A DNA stretch of 64,000 nucleotides from a virus (IMGVR_UViG_3300012983_000030); one strand, 5' to 3'. Shown: positions 19,683 through 30,598, counted from the first letter of the stretch. The notes: generated from the letters alone by a model not told the origin. Translations and numbers: made by a program.

Positions 19683-20825
19683 TTAATTTAGAACTGAAAT
19701 CGCTAAACTCTTTACAGAAACAACAGTATTATTTTGTAATGGATAAAGATATTTAACACCTTGTATTTCTTGAACTTCTAAAGTTTCTTGAATTAAATCA
19801 CCATCCCATGAAGTTGTACTTAATGAAATAATAGCTTCATCATCGCCTTTATTTATATGAAACAGCAATGGTGTTTCACCTGCAAAATCTGTATATCCTG
19901 TATTTGTATTTAATTTAAACCCTAATATTTCACCAGATTCTGATACTTTTGTAATAGTCAATTCAAATGGAATACTTTCGGTACCCTCTTCATTTAATAT
20001 TATTTCAATAGGATATCCTTCTTCTGTTAAAATAGGATATGTTTCATTTACTTTGAAATTCTTACCTGGTTTAATAATATTTTGTGCTCTATCATCATAA
20101 TAAAGCATTACTTCCACTTCTTCTTCAAAAATTGGAAAATCTGGAATTTGTTCCCAAATAGCATCTCTATAAATTTTTTGAACTTTTGTGTTATCTATAG
20201 CATTTCGTATAAACCAAATCGTACCTTGTGCTCTTGTTTGATTTGTTTTACTTAAATTATTTGTATTCCAATCAAACCAAATTATACCCTGAGCTGTTTC
20301 TGAATTTTCGTAAGTCTCTTCTCTTGCAGGAACACAATTAGCAATTCTAGTATAAGTTTTACTATTGCTAAGTTGTTTCATTTGAGTACCTAAAACTACC
20401 CATTCTCTAGCTATCTTTTCTTCACGAGAATTGTATTCATTAAATATAATTCGAGAATTTCTAGGTAAATGCAATTTAGATGGAATTAATACCTCTAGAG
20501 GATATAATGCATCCATACCATCTGCAGACATACCTTCTTCTGATACATTTTGACGATATTCTGTAAATTTTGGTACCACTGTTTCAGTAGTATCAATCCA
20601 ACAAATATCTACAAAATTACTATATTCATCTACATTATTTTCTAAAATATTACCATCTTTGTCAGCTGGTATTCTCACCAATACTGAAATACCCCAGTTA
20701 CTAAATAAAGCTTCATCTCTAAGTGCAGCTAAATAAGACGCATGTTCATCTATAAATGCATCTCTTAAATTATATACTGAAAAGTTAGTTTCTTTTAGTC
20801 TTGATATATTTTGTTTTCTAGCCAT
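19683..20825 (-). CDS. hypothetical structural protein (possibly neck/head closure)
   Basis: First gene of the portal operon; beta-rich. Confidence 0.55.
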   Translation of the reverse strand: MARKQNISRLKETNFSVYNLRDAFIDEHASYLAALRDEALFSNWGISVLVRIPADKDGNILENNVDEYSNFVDICWIDTTETVVPKFTEYRQNVSEEGMSADGMDALYPLEVLIPSKLHLPRNSRIIFNEYNSREEKIAREWVVLGTQMKQLSNSKTYTRIANCVPAREETYENSETAQGIIWFDWNTNNLSKTNQTRAQGTIWFIRNAIDNTKVQKIYRDAIWEQIPDFPIFEEEVEVMLYYDDRAQNIIKPGKNFKVNETYPILTEEGYPIEIILNEEGTESIPFELTITKVSESGEILGFKLNTNTGYTDFAGETPLLFHINKGDDEAIISLSTTSWDGDLIQETLEVQEIQGVKYLYPLQNNTVVSVKSLAISVLN

Positions 20826-20904
20826 TTTAAATGATTTAAATAAAAAGTTTCAATATATTCTTAGAACTTAAATTAATACTATTCTAGTTTTTTAACAAAC
20901 TCAT

Positions 20905-20934
20905 AAAAAAGGGTCTCTATAACAAAGACCCTTT
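20905..20934 (-). terminator. intrinsic terminator after groEL
   Basis: aaagggtct...agacccttt hairpin with A-run. Confidence 0.75.
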
Positions 20935-20967
20935 CCTCTAATATTGCAATTTAACTTATTTATAATA

Positions 20968-22617
20968 TTACATCATTCCAGTTGGCATCATATTAAGATT
21001 AACACCTTTGTTTTCAATAGGATCAACTGCAATCATAACATTCGAAGTAAGAGCTACAGCAGCAATAGAAGAAGCTGCATATACAGTTCCTTTTACTACC
21101 TTACAAGGATCATAAATACCTTCTTCAAGCAAATTAACAACTTCCAAACTCTTTGCATTGTATCCAATATTTATATCCTTTTTAGCCAATACTTCACGCA
21201 TTACTAATTCAACTGGAACTCCTGCATTTTCAAGAATTGTCTTGAAAGGAGCTTTCATTGCATTAGCAAATACTTTTATACCAAGTGCTTCATCTGTATT
21301 ATTTGAAAGTACTTCACTTTCAATTTTTTCAGATAAATGCAACAATGTATTACCCGCACCTGGCAAATAACCTTCCTCTAAAGCAGCTTTAACTGCATAT
21401 TGAGCATCATCTAATCTATCACGTAATTCTTTAATTTCTTCTTCTGAAGAACCACCTACTTGAATTACCGCTACACCTGTAGTAAGAGAAGCTAAACGTT
21501 TACCTAATTGTTCTCTTTCAAAAGTATCATTTTCTTTTAAAGCACCAATTAAGCCTTCGATTGCTTCAACTCTTGCTGCAATCTTGGTTACATCACCTCT
21601 ACCACCGCGAATAATTGTTTCATCTTTTTTAATAACAATTTTTTCACAACTACCAAAATCAGCAGTAGTCATTGTATCATACTTGATGCCCATTGGATCA
21701 TCACCAACATTAGCACCGGTATAAATACCTAAATCACGAAGGATATCTAAACGACGATCTCCATATCCAGGTGCTTCAACACAAGCAACTTTTAATTGTC
21801 CACCTGTTCTGAAAATATTCATAGCTAAACCTTGTGTAACGCTAGTATCAAAAGATTCTGCTATTACTACAACTGGAGTACCATTCTGTACAGTACCTTG
21901 AATTAACTGAATTAATGCTCCAAAATTTGAAATTTTTGAATTACAAAGTAAAATTTTTGGATTATCAAATTCAACTGTTTGTTCTTCATGATTTGTTACA
22001 AAAAATTGTGAAGTCCAACCTTTATTAAAAGTCATACCTTCTTTAAATTCTAAACGAATATCACGATCTTTTGTTTCTTCAACTAATACTACACCTGCTT
22101 TTCCAACTTTTTGATAGGCTTCTGCAACAATTTTACCTAATTTTTCATCACCATTGGCTGAAACAGTAGCAACATTTATCAAATCTTGATCCGTTTTAAC
22201 TTCTATTGCTAAATTATCAAGTTGTGAAATAACATAATCTCTAGCTTTTTCAATACCTCTTCTAAAAGAAGTACGATTTACAGCATGTTCACTTAATTCA
22301 ATTTGACGAATACCACCATTTACAATAGCTTGGCCAATTACTGTAGCACTAGTTGTACCATCACCAACAGAATCCATTTGTTTTTGAGCGATTGAAATAG
22401 CTAAATCAGCTCCTAATTTAACTTTTTCATCTTTTGGTGAAATTTCTTTAGCAACACTAACACCGTCTTTAGTAATAATTGGCATTTTATCTTCGCGTTG
22501 AATAACTACTGTATTTCCAGCTGGACCTAAAGTAGATCTAACAGCATTTGCTACTAAATTCAAACCTTCCACTAAATAATTTTGAGTATCTTTTCCAAAA
22601 TATGCAGATTTACTCAT
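20968..22617 (-). CDS. groEL: chaperonin GroEL
   Basis: TLGP.G, ITKDGVSVAKEI, GDGTTS, APGYGDRR, EEG..PG.G and DP.KV motifs. Confidence 0.97.
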   Translation of the reverse strand: MSKSAYFGKDTQNYLVEGLNLVANAVRSTLGPAGNTVVIQREDKMPIITKDGVSVAKEISPKDEKVKLGADLAISIAQKQMDSVGDGTTSATVIGQAIVNGGIRQIELSEHAVNRTSFRRGIEKARDYVISQLDNLAIEVKTDQDLINVATVSANGDEKLGKIVAEAYQKVGKAGVVLVEETKDRDIRLEFKEGMTFNKGWTSQFFVTNHEEQTVEFDNPKILLCNSKISNFGALIQLIQGTVQNGTPVVVIAESFDTSVTQGLAMNIFRTGGQLKVACVEAPGYGDRRLDILRDLGIYTGANVGDDPMGIKYDTMTTADFGSCEKIVIKKDETIIRGGRGDVTKIAARVEAIEGLIGALKENDTFEREQLGKRLASLTTGVAVIQVGGSSEEEIKELRDRLDDAQYAVKAALEEGYLPGAGNTLLHLSEKIESEVLSNNTDEALGIKVFANAMKAPFKTILENAGVPVELVMREVLAKKDINIGYNAKSLEVVNLLEEGIYDPCKVVKGTVYAASSIAAVALTSNVMIAVDPIENKGVNLNMMPTGMM

Positions 22618-22639
22618 ATGATTTCTCCTTTTTTTAATT

Positions 22640-22948
22640 TTACTCTACGATTTCTGCTTCAATTTCTTTTGCAACAATATCCGCAGCATATACTCTAATA
22701 AGTTTCTCTCCATTAAAGTTTACTTTTGTTCCAGAAACTTTAGCAAATGCAATCTTATCACCAATTTGTACTTCAGTTGGAACAAAAGTGCCTTTTTGCC
22801 AATAACCGTTTGAGCATGAAACTACTTCACCAAAAGTAAAATCAACATCTAATGAATCTGGAATAATCCAATCACCGACTTTGTTTTCTCTAACAATTTC
22901 TTTTACAAAAACATTAGGACCAACGGCTGCATACATTTTATTACTCAT
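22640..22948 (-). CDS. groES: co-chaperonin GroES
   Basis: IIPDS, GEVV...G, V..GD.I.F, DIVA; immediately upstream of groEL. Confidence 0.88.
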   Translation of the reverse strand: MSNKMYAAVGPNVFVKEIVRENKVGDWIIPDSLDVDFTFGEVVSCSNGYWQKGTFVPTEVQIGDKIAFAKVSGTKVNFNGEKLIRVYAADIVAKEIEAEIVE

Positions 22949-23166
22949 TAGTCATTCTCCTTTTCAAAATATTCTAAAATATCTTCACTACCTTTAATTA
23001 AAGTACCATCATCTAATTGTAAAGTAGGTAAAGATTTTACCCCTGCTGCTTGCGCTTTTTCCATATTTTCATCAGCAATACACATATCAACATTTATATT
23101 ACTTGCTTTCAGTGCTTCCTTTAAATTTTTACAAGGAATACAATTTTTTCCAACAAATAGTAGCAT
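22948..23166 (-). CDS. thioredoxin/glutaredoxin-like protein
   Basis: CIPC and GVKSLPTL; start re-called at ATG 23166 behind AAGGAG RBS. Confidence 0.85.
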   Translation of the reverse strand: MLLFVGKNCIPCKNLKEALKASNINVDMCIADENMEKAQAAGVKSLPTLQLDDGTLIKGSEDILEYFEKEND

Positions 23167-23176
23167 AGCTTCTCCT

Positions 23177-23356
23177 TTAGAATTTAAAAAAATCGATTGC
23201 TTTTGCAAAAAAGTTGTTATTTTTCTTTTCTTCTTTAGCAACAGGTTCCCATTTATGTTTTAGCTCTGTTTCTTTTTTAATATCTTCTTGAGCTTCATCT
23301 TTTTGTTTTTTAACAGTTTTTACTCTTTTAATTACTTTTTTTGCTTCCTTAGCCAT
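23177..23356 (-). CDS. small Lys/Glu-rich protein (59 aa, not in ORF track)
   Basis: MAKEAKKVIKRVK...AIDFFKF*, GAGGA RBS. Confidence 0.65.
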   Translation of the reverse strand: MAKEAKKVIKRVKTVKKQKDEAQEDIKKETELKHKWEPVAKEEKKNNNFFAKAIDFFKF

Positions 23357-23406
23357 ATTATTTTCCTCAAAATTAAAACATATTGTATATTATAGAATAC
23401 CAACTC

Positions 23407-24906
23407 TTATATAAAAATTAACTGAGAAGTTCCATTTTCATAAACTACTGCGTTACAATGTGCCCATTTTGTCATACCTTTTTGATTATAACTGAGCTTT
23501 AATTTAGATAAAGTTCCAACATAAACTGTTTTTTCAAAAATTTCTGGACTATGTGTATGACCACAAATGCAATCTTCATAGGTTTTATTAAAGGAATTAA
23601 CACTACCTCTTGCTCCTGATATACCAGCATCACCGTGTTCACTTAATTCAATACCAGCAATAGAAAAACTAGTATTTAATTTCAAGTATTGAACATTATT
23701 AGGTAAATACTCACTCAGTATATTTTTGTCATCTAAATACATTTCAAATAATTTTGCTCCTATACGAGCATTTGCCTTATCTTTTGTAAATTCGCCTGTC
23801 TCTAACCATTTTCTAATAAAATCATCATGATTTGAATTTACAATTTTAAATTCTGTATTTTTGAATGAATTTGCTAAATACTTTAAATTAATCACAACTG
23901 CATTTAACTCATCTTCTAATGTCTTAGTTTCCGCAGTAGTATTTTTTACCTTAGATAAATATTGATACATTTCATGATGAGAAATACTATTCCAAGATGC
24001 TACATCATGTAATAATACAGTTTTAGGATTATAAGTAGACATAAATTTCATTGTCTTTTTTAAAGCTTCTTCATCATCTTCTGGTAAATGTAAATCACCT
24101 AATACTAAAGCTGGAATATTTTTAACTTTTTTAACACCATCTGAAGAATATCTTTTATCCAAATCATAAATAAATCCATTTTTATAGACCAAATTACGAA
24201 CAAAATATCTATTATGTTCTTCATTCCATTCTAAAAGGATTGCTCCTAACTTATGATATTTATTGTCAATTTGACCAGCTACGGTTTCTTTATACTCAAC
24301 ATTTGAAATAGTACCGGTTGAACAACCTACTCTAAACGCATTAAATTGTTTGTAAGGTAACATTCTTAAATATTGTTTAGTTGATCCAACAATTATGGTT
24401 GTTAAATCTGTTGATAATTTATCAAGATTCATAAGTGGATTTTTTTGAGTTTGAGGTATTAAAAAATCCTTAGCTAAACAATTACTATCTTTTTCAAATT
24501 CAAAACTCGTTGCTAGATATTTATTTATTAAAGCATAATCGAATTTAGAAAATAATGAATTTTTCTTATATGATTTACCCCATAATATACCTAATTCTGC
24601 TTTATTTTCTTTACAGTAATTCAATAAAGTCGTAAAACAATCAACATTTATCTCTGAACCATCCATAGCATATGTTATTACAACTTTATTTGCTTTTTTG
24701 TTAAATACTTTAGTTGATGCTACGCGTGTAAGTTGTAAAGTAAAATCAGCTTCTTCCATAAAATTTTTCCAAGTACCCCAGATTTTTTCAATGAGACTTG
24801 TTGAATTAGTAGGATTCATTGTACGATATTCACCTCTGGACAATTTCTTACCAGCTAATTTACATAATTCATTAAATTCATTTAAAATTTCTGTCTTACT
24901 TATCAT
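23407..24906 (-). CDS. calcineurin-like metallophosphoesterase/nuclease (T5 A1-like) with N-terminal helical domain
   Basis: GDLH, HD, SNHD, HGD and GHTH motifs, plus C-terminal L.YN.KG...W. Confidence 0.75.
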   Translation of the reverse strand: MISKTEILNEFNELCKLAGKKLSRGEYRTMNPTNSTSLIEKIWGTWKNFMEEADFTLQLTRVASTKVFNKKANKVVITYAMDGSEINVDCFTTLLNYCKENKAELGILWGKSYKKNSLFSKFDYALINKYLATSFEFEKDSNCLAKDFLIPQTQKNPLMNLDKLSTDLTTIIVGSTKQYLRMLPYKQFNAFRVGCSTGTISNVEYKETVAGQIDNKYHKLGAILLEWNEEHNRYFVRNLVYKNGFIYDLDKRYSSDGVKKVKNIPALVLGDLHLPEDDEEALKKTMKFMSTYNPKTVLLHDVASWNSISHHEMYQYLSKVKNTTAETKTLEDELNAVVINLKYLANSFKNTEFKIVNSNHDDFIRKWLETGEFTKDKANARIGAKLFEMYLDDKNILSEYLPNNVQYLKLNTSFSIAGIELSEHGDAGISGARGSVNSFNKTYEDCICGHTHSPEIFEKTVYVGTLSKLKLSYNQKGMTKWAHCNAVVYENGTSQLIFI

Positions 24907-25597
24907 TGTTTACTCTCTTTTTATTAGTAACTTTAGATTTTGCTGATTTCTTTTCTGATTTCAATATTTCTTCATCAAATTTAGCTCTTTTTAATTCATA
25001 TTGTCTTTTTTGAAATAACTCATTTTCAATTATTTGATCACATAAACCATAATGTAAGCATTGTTCAGCACTTAAATAACCACGCTCATCACTTTGTAAT
25101 TTTAATAATTCAGTTTTTGATAATTTATTTTCACAAGCATCTAAATATAAATTTACAATATTATCAGCATATTCTTTATTTTGATGATACATCTTTTCAA
25201 TTTCACTATGTTTAGTAGTAACATCCCAAATACAACCAAAATGAATAAAATGTCTTGACATAGCACTCATATATCTTTGATCACCTTGTACTGCAATCAT
25301 AGAAGCTGCACTTCCAGCTAAACCTAATACAAACGTATATATTTCAATATTATATAATCTTGCCATATTAATTAATCCAATAATGGTTAACATTGTATCA
25401 ACTTCACCACCTGGACTATTTATAAAAAACATTAAACGTTTATTTTGATTTTGTTCGTTTAATATAAATGAAGTCATATCTCCAATTAAATGCGCACAAT
25501 TATCTGCGGTTATAGTATCTAAGATGAATATTTTTTCATTCATCATATAATTCTTAGGTGTTTGATTTGTAATATTATCTGTCGTTCCTGACCACAC
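24896..25597 (-). CDS. clpP: ClpP-like protease
   Basis: INSPGG, GLAGSAAS (catalytic Ser), FIH, YLSAEQCL.YGL.D.I; GTG start with AGGAG RBS. Confidence 0.85.
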   Translation of the reverse strand: MWSGTTDNITNQTPKNYMMNEKIFILDTITADNCAHLIGDMTSFILNEQNQNKRLMFFINSPGGEVDTMLTIIGLINMARLYNIEIYTFVLGLAGSAASMIAVQGDQRYMSAMSRHFIHFGCIWDVTTKHSEIEKMYHQNKEYADNIVNLYLDACENKLSKTELLKLQSDERGYLSAEQCLHYGLCDQIIENELFQKRQYELKRAKFDEEILKSEKKSAKSKVTNKKRVNNDK

Positions 25598-25733
25598 TTA
25601 AAATGCTCCTTTTTTAAAGTTATATGTTATTGAACTATAAGTAAAAGCCTTAATTTTTATAAATATTTCCATTCTTAAACAAAATTGTTCTAATTTAAAG
25701 ATTATTAAAATATTTTAATCAAAGGACAATTTA

Positions 25734-26348
25734 ATGACTATTAACATAGAAGAAACTCTTCAGTTATTTTCAGAAAAAGCTGGAGAATCATGGTTTTTGC
25801 GTAGACAATCAGATGGTCAATATGCTATCGTAAAAGGTAATGAAATATATGCTGTTTTTGATGCAGATGAATTAGATGAAGCAGAAAATAAATTAGAAGA
25901 ATTAAATTCTTCAATGCAAGAAGATTTAGAACATCAACCTGATTTATTTGATAAAACTTTAGGTAGTTTTTACTTAGAAGGTGATGAAGTAAAGGTTGAA
26001 AAAGCTAAAGACGGAAGTAAAAACTTTATCTTTAGTCCAAAAGTAGGAAATTATTTAGATTCACAAATCATGAATCCTGAAGATACAATGCATATTGTTG
26101 CTTTGTTAGCAGATAGATATATAAATTCTGATGATTTCAGTAAAGTATTACAATATGCAAATAGAGAAGATAGTCTTATTTTTAATACTACTGAAAACGG
26201 TCCTATTAAAATATCAATGAATGATTTATTTGATTATGCTACATATTTAACAAGAGAAGAAAGATTTAAAAGAGTTGCTAATGAATCTTTATCTACTTAC
26301 TTAAAAAGAGCACAAAAAGTATTCAATGAATCTTTTAAAAAAGATTAA
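25734..26348 (+). CDS. hypothetical protein
   Basis: ORF with AAGGA RBS and upstream GTTCTA motif. Confidence 0.75.
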   Translation: MTINIEETLQLFSEKAGESWFLRRQSDGQYAIVKGNEIYAVFDADELDEAENKLEELNSSMQEDLEHQPDLFDKTLGSFYLEGDEVKVEKAKDGSKNFIFSPKVGNYLDSQIMNPEDTMHIVALLADRYINSDDFSKVLQYANREDSLIFNTTENGPIKISMNDLFDYATYLTREERFKRVANESLSTYLKRAQKVFNESFKKD

Positions 26349-26366
26349 TAATAAAAAGAGGTTGTT

Positions 26367-28007
26367 ATGGTTAAAGCATTTAACATCAAAACAAAATTAA
26401 AAAATATTTTAAATGAAGCAGATGGTGATTTTACTTCTGTCTTAAAAAATACAGAAACATTTGATCCTACAAAAAATATAAATTTTGAAACAAATGATAT
26501 AGCTTCTGAAGAAAATGATGAAACAAAAGCAAAATTAACAGCAAAAGCTGTTGATAAAATCAAACAATCTTTAACTGTAACTGATGAATTACAATCAATT
26601 TTAAATCAAATTAATAAAATAAACAATGAAGATGGTTATGCAGAATGGAAAATAAATGAAGAAGGTAATACTGCTTCATTACGTAAAAAAAATGCATATA
26701 TCTTTAAACAAAATGATAATTTGTGTTTATCTTATAATGGAAAAATTCAAATCTTTAAATCAGTTGATGAATTACATAATTGGTTAAAAGAAAATAATTT
26801 TCCTTTACCAAAAGATATTAAATTACACGAAGGTACAGAATATAAATCTCAAATTCATCCTTGGCATCAACTTCAATTTATTAATGGAAATGTTGGTTCA
26901 GGAAGTTGGGTATTTAAAAAAGCTCACGAAATTTATAATTCATTTGAACATAATGAAATTTCTGAAGAACGTGCTAAAGAACTATTAGGTAAATTAGTTT
27001 ATGATGTACAAATTGCTTTATGGGGTGATGAAAACGGTAAAATTACACCTTTAACAGAAGATGAAAAACCAAAAAATATTGGAAGATTTTCTAAATTCTT
27101 TGAAGATCCGGTTTATATGACTAAAGATGGAAAAGAAATTAAAAAAGGTGATACTGTACCTTGGACAGATAAAGATAAAGAAGAATTAGAAAGATATAAT
27201 AACAGATTTAAATCTACTATTCATAAAATGGGTAAAGATAGAGAAAAACAAGCTCGTCAATATATGACTAAAGATGATTTAAAATTACATGCATTTACAA
27301 GTAAAACTAATACTCAAAATAAAAAATGGTATTTAAAACTAAAAAGTAAAGTTAACAATTCTGAAAATCAATATTTAAATAATGATTGGAAAAATGGTGA
27401 TTTATTAGTTAATAATTTAAATGATGCTAAATCATTTGAATCTAAATCTGACGCTTTAAAAGCATATCATCAAGTATTATTAAAAACAGAAAATCCAAGT
27501 ATATACTTCTCTCCTATTTCAGAATGTTTTGGAGGAGTAACTACTGGTACTTTAGGTACTGCTGTACAATATGTAGGAAATAAAAAAGAATCTTCTTTTA
27601 AAGATGAATTTTTAAAATTATTAGATAAAAAAACAGATGATATTACATTAAAAGAAGATGATACTCCAGAAGATTTTGCTACAAATATAGACAATACTCC
27701 AGATATGCCTTTAGATGATGTAGAATCTCCAATGGATACAGAAACATCAGATTTAGATATGAATACTGATATACCATTAGATGATACTCCAGACTTAAAT
27801 TTTGGAGATATAAATATATCTGGTGGAAATGGAAACTATAGTCCAGAAGATACTGAAGAAAATCCAATACCTAGTATTCCTCAAGATGAATATAAAATTA
27901 TAGATGTTTTAATAAATGATACAGATGAAACAGATATAAAAGTAAAATTACAGAATATAGAAACAGGTGAAATAGAAATAAAAGAATTAAGTGAAATAGA
28001 TATTTAA
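26367..28007 (+). CDS. hypothetical acidic protein (candidate internal head protein)
   Basis: 546 aa with LNE, LHE, LTE, ISE and LKE sites; D/P-rich C-terminal region. Confidence 0.75.
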   Translation: MVKAFNIKTKLKNILNEADGDFTSVLKNTETFDPTKNINFETNDIASEENDETKAKLTAKAVDKIKQSLTVTDELQSILNQINKINNEDGYAEWKINEEGNTASLRKKNAYIFKQNDNLCLSYNGKIQIFKSVDELHNWLKENNFPLPKDIKLHEGTEYKSQIHPWHQLQFINGNVGSGSWVFKKAHEIYNSFEHNEISEERAKELLGKLVYDVQIALWGDENGKITPLTEDEKPKNIGRFSKFFEDPVYMTKDGKEIKKGDTVPWTDKDKEELERYNNRFKSTIHKMGKDREKQARQYMTKDDLKLHAFTSKTNTQNKKWYLKLKSKVNNSENQYLNNDWKNGDLLVNNLNDAKSFESKSDALKAYHQVLLKTENPSIYFSPISECFGGVTTGTLGTAVQYVGNKKESSFKDEFLKLLDKKTDDITLKEDDTPEDFATNIDNTPDMPLDDVESPMDTETSDLDMNTDIPLDDTPDLNFGDINISGGNGNYSPEDTEENPIPSIPQDEYKIIDVLINDTDETDIKVKLQNIETGEIEIKELSEIDI

Positions 28008-28043
28008 AAAAAAGAAAAGGAAGTATTTAAACTTCCTTTTTTA
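28007..28043. terminator. bidirectional terminator
   Basis: aaaaggaagt...acttcctttt between convergent genes, A/T runs on both sides. Confidence 0.75.
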
Positions 28044-28349
28044 TTACTTGTTATTTATTACTTCTGTATGTAACAATAAACACAATTTATCAACATCTTC
28101 TTTTAATATACCTAATGATCTTCCTGATACTTTATATGTAATATAAAAAAATTTAGGATTATAGTTTAATTTAAAAAAGTTATTACTTTTATTATTTATT
28201 TTTCCTGATTGATAATCTAATATTAAATGAAAAAGTAATTTTAAGTTATCTTTATTACCAATTTCAAGATAATAATTTCCATTATAAATGTAATAAGTAT
28301 CACAATATAAAAACTTATTATACTTTTTTTCAATTTTTAAATTAGACAT
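28044..28349 (-). CDS. hypothetical protein
   Basis: AAGGAG RBS. Confidence 0.65.
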   Translation of the reverse strand: MSNLKIEKKYNKFLYCDTYYIYNGNYYLEIGNKDNLKLLFHLILDYQSGKINNKSNNFFKLNYNPKFFYITYKVSGRSLGILKEDVDKLCLLLHTEVINNK

Positions 28350-28716
28350 ATTTTCTCCTTTAATATATTTAAATTTTAAATATAATTTTTTTAAACATAC
28401 TTATTATATTACTTTATTATAAGATGTATTATTTATTTTCTTATTAAGTAGTAATATATTTTGTTTTTATTCTTATTTATTATTCTTTATTTTTTTATGT
28501 TATTATTTAATTTTATTATTAAGTTAATATTTATTTTTTATGATTTTTTAAAGAAGTAAATAAGATGTGTTTTAGTACGTGTAAAACTTGTATATTTAAT
28601 AAATATATATTTAGAAGTAAAAACTTTTTAAAAAAATAAAATATAATTTTCCAAATAGTATATATTTTTGATATAAACTATTGTTTTATAAAGATAATTA
28701 TTTTTGAATTTTTTAT

Positions 28717-29703
28717 TTACTTTAAGTATTCATAAATAGATTTCATTCCAGGACATCCTGTTTCATCAAATTTTAACTGACAACAGTCAGCATTACAGTA
28801 AGTAAAATATTTACAAATCAGACAAGAAGCAGGAATTTGTTTTTCAAAGTTTATCAATTTATTTTTTAAATCCATATTTATTTGATTTAAATTACCATAT
28901 ATGTTATTAGCCATATTTGGACAAGAAGCAATAGTTCCATTTGGATTAATAGTTATTACTCTTTTCATACATTCTCTTGCTCTACAACCAAGAAATATAC
29001 CTTTAATTGAATTTTCTACACCTTCAAATAATGGTATTATTATATCTGTATTTTTTTCGTATAATTTGTATAATTCAAATAAGTATAAATCTTGATCTTT
29101 ATTTGAAGGTTTGACTTTATTAATAGTAGCTCTACCTGTTTCAGTTATTCTTTCAATATTAAAACGTTTAATGTTTAAATTATTAAAAAAATCAAATATT
29201 TCTTGAGGAATTACGTTTTTAATAACATAATCTGTTAAACAAATTATAGGTTGAACTTCTATATTTTCTTTATGTAATAATTTTACATTGTTAATCCATA
29301 AATTTCTTTCATTATCATTAGAAAATCTTAAATCACCAAAATCATATGATGTCATAATCATACTATTATCATCAAAAGGTTTCATTTTATGAAATAACTT
29401 TAAATGAGTATCAGTTATATTATATATAAGATTAGTAGTTATACACCATCTTAGATTTAAATCTTTAGTTTTATCCAAAAAAGATAATGTTTTATTTATA
29501 TCATACAATAGTGGTTCACCACCATGTAATGAAATATCTATTCTATCGTTTGGATTAGTTTTTTTAAATTCTTTTAACCAAACAATAACTTTTTCTAAAG
29601 TCTCATCAGACATTGAATTATGATTATTCATAATTTCATTATAACAATGTTTGCATTTTAAATTACATCCATTTGTTAATTTTATATAAATATTATAATC
29701 CAT
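28717..29703 (-). CDS. radical SAM protein with SPASM-like domain
   Basis: CNLKCKHC, HGGEP, C-terminal CxxC..CNADCC. Confidence 0.93.
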   Translation of the reverse strand: MDYNIYIKLTNGCNLKCKHCYNEIMNNHNSMSDETLEKVIVWLKEFKKTNPNDRIDISLHGGEPLLYDINKTLSFLDKTKDLNLRWCITTNLIYNITDTHLKLFHKMKPFDDNSMIMTSYDFGDLRFSNDNERNLWINNVKLLHKENIEVQPIICLTDYVIKNVIPQEIFDFFNNLNIKRFNIERITETGRATINKVKPSNKDQDLYLFELYKLYEKNTDIIIPLFEGVENSIKGIFLGCRARECMKRVITINPNGTIASCPNMANNIYGNLNQINMDLKNKLINFEKQIPASCLICKYFTYCNADCCQLKFDETGCPGMKSIYEYLK

Positions 29704-30598
29704 TGTTTATTCCTACACATTTATTACATGTATTTAATTTACCTGATGTTGAATTATTTCTTAATTTATTTGCTTTTTCAGAAAACCATATATCTTCTAA
29801 ATTAGAATTCATAATATTACCTATTGTAAATTCTTCATCTATACCAAATCTACAAAGATTTATATCACCAGTAGTTTTTATATGACATAAATTATATAAA
29901 CCAAAACAAGGTAATTCACATAAATGTTTAAGTATTTTTGAATTATTAGATAAATCTATAAATTTGTTATTTATTTTAGCGGCATGATTATAGATTTGAG
30001 TATAATAGTGTTTATCAACTAAAGTATCTAGGTATTTTGAAAAAGAATCTTGCTCAGAATTATTGTAATAAATAGAAGAAGCAGATATTTGTGTTTTAGA
30101 GTTTATATTATTTCTATATTCAATTAATTCCTGCATATTTTGCATTATCAAATCAAAAGTATCACAACCGGTTACATCTAAATGTGATAATTTATTATAT
30201 CCGTTTAATGAAAATTTAATAGATTTTATGTTATTTTCTACAGCATATTTTAAAGGATCTAATAAAATACCGTTTGTAGTAATAAATATAACGCATTCTG
30301 GGTATGTTTTTTTGACGTATAAGATATAGTTTTTGAATTTTGGATGTAATGTACCTTCACCCATATGAAACAAGCCTATTTCTGGAATTTTTAAGCGTTT
30401 TGCTTCATTTATAACTTTATAAAATATTTCATCAGATATAAAGGATTTAGTATTTTTTAATTTTGGTACAATACAGTATGTACATTTATGATTACAAATG
30501 CTTGCTAATTCAATTTTAATTGATTTTGGTAATGTAATTTTATCAGTATCAATGTTATATGCAATATTTGATACCCTATTTATTATAGAGTCTGTCAT
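29693..30598 (-). CDS. radical SAM protein with Twitch/SPASM-like domain
   Basis: CNHKCTYC, TTNG, G.INLC...IGNI...L.DIW...CNKC. Confidence 0.92.
   Translation of the reverse strand: MTDSIINRVSNIAYNIDTDKITLPKSIKIELASICNHKCTYCIVPKLKNTKSFISDEIFYKVINEAKRLKIPEIGLFHMGEGTLHPKFKNYILYVKKTYPECVIFITTNGILLDPLKYAVENNIKSIKFSLNGYNKLSHLDVTGCDTFDLIMQNMQELIEYRNNINSKTQISASSIYYNNSEQDSFSKYLDTLVDKHYYTQIYNHAAKINNKFIDLSNNSKILKHLCELPCFGLYNLCHIKTTGDINLCRFGIDEEFTIGNIMNSNLEDIWFSEKANKLRNNSTSGKLNTCNKCVGINNGL

Noticed and set aside
22948-23241. Track start for the thioredoxin at 23241
   Set aside because: A better ATG with AAGGAG RBS lies at 23166; the upstream part belongs to a separate 59-aa ORF.
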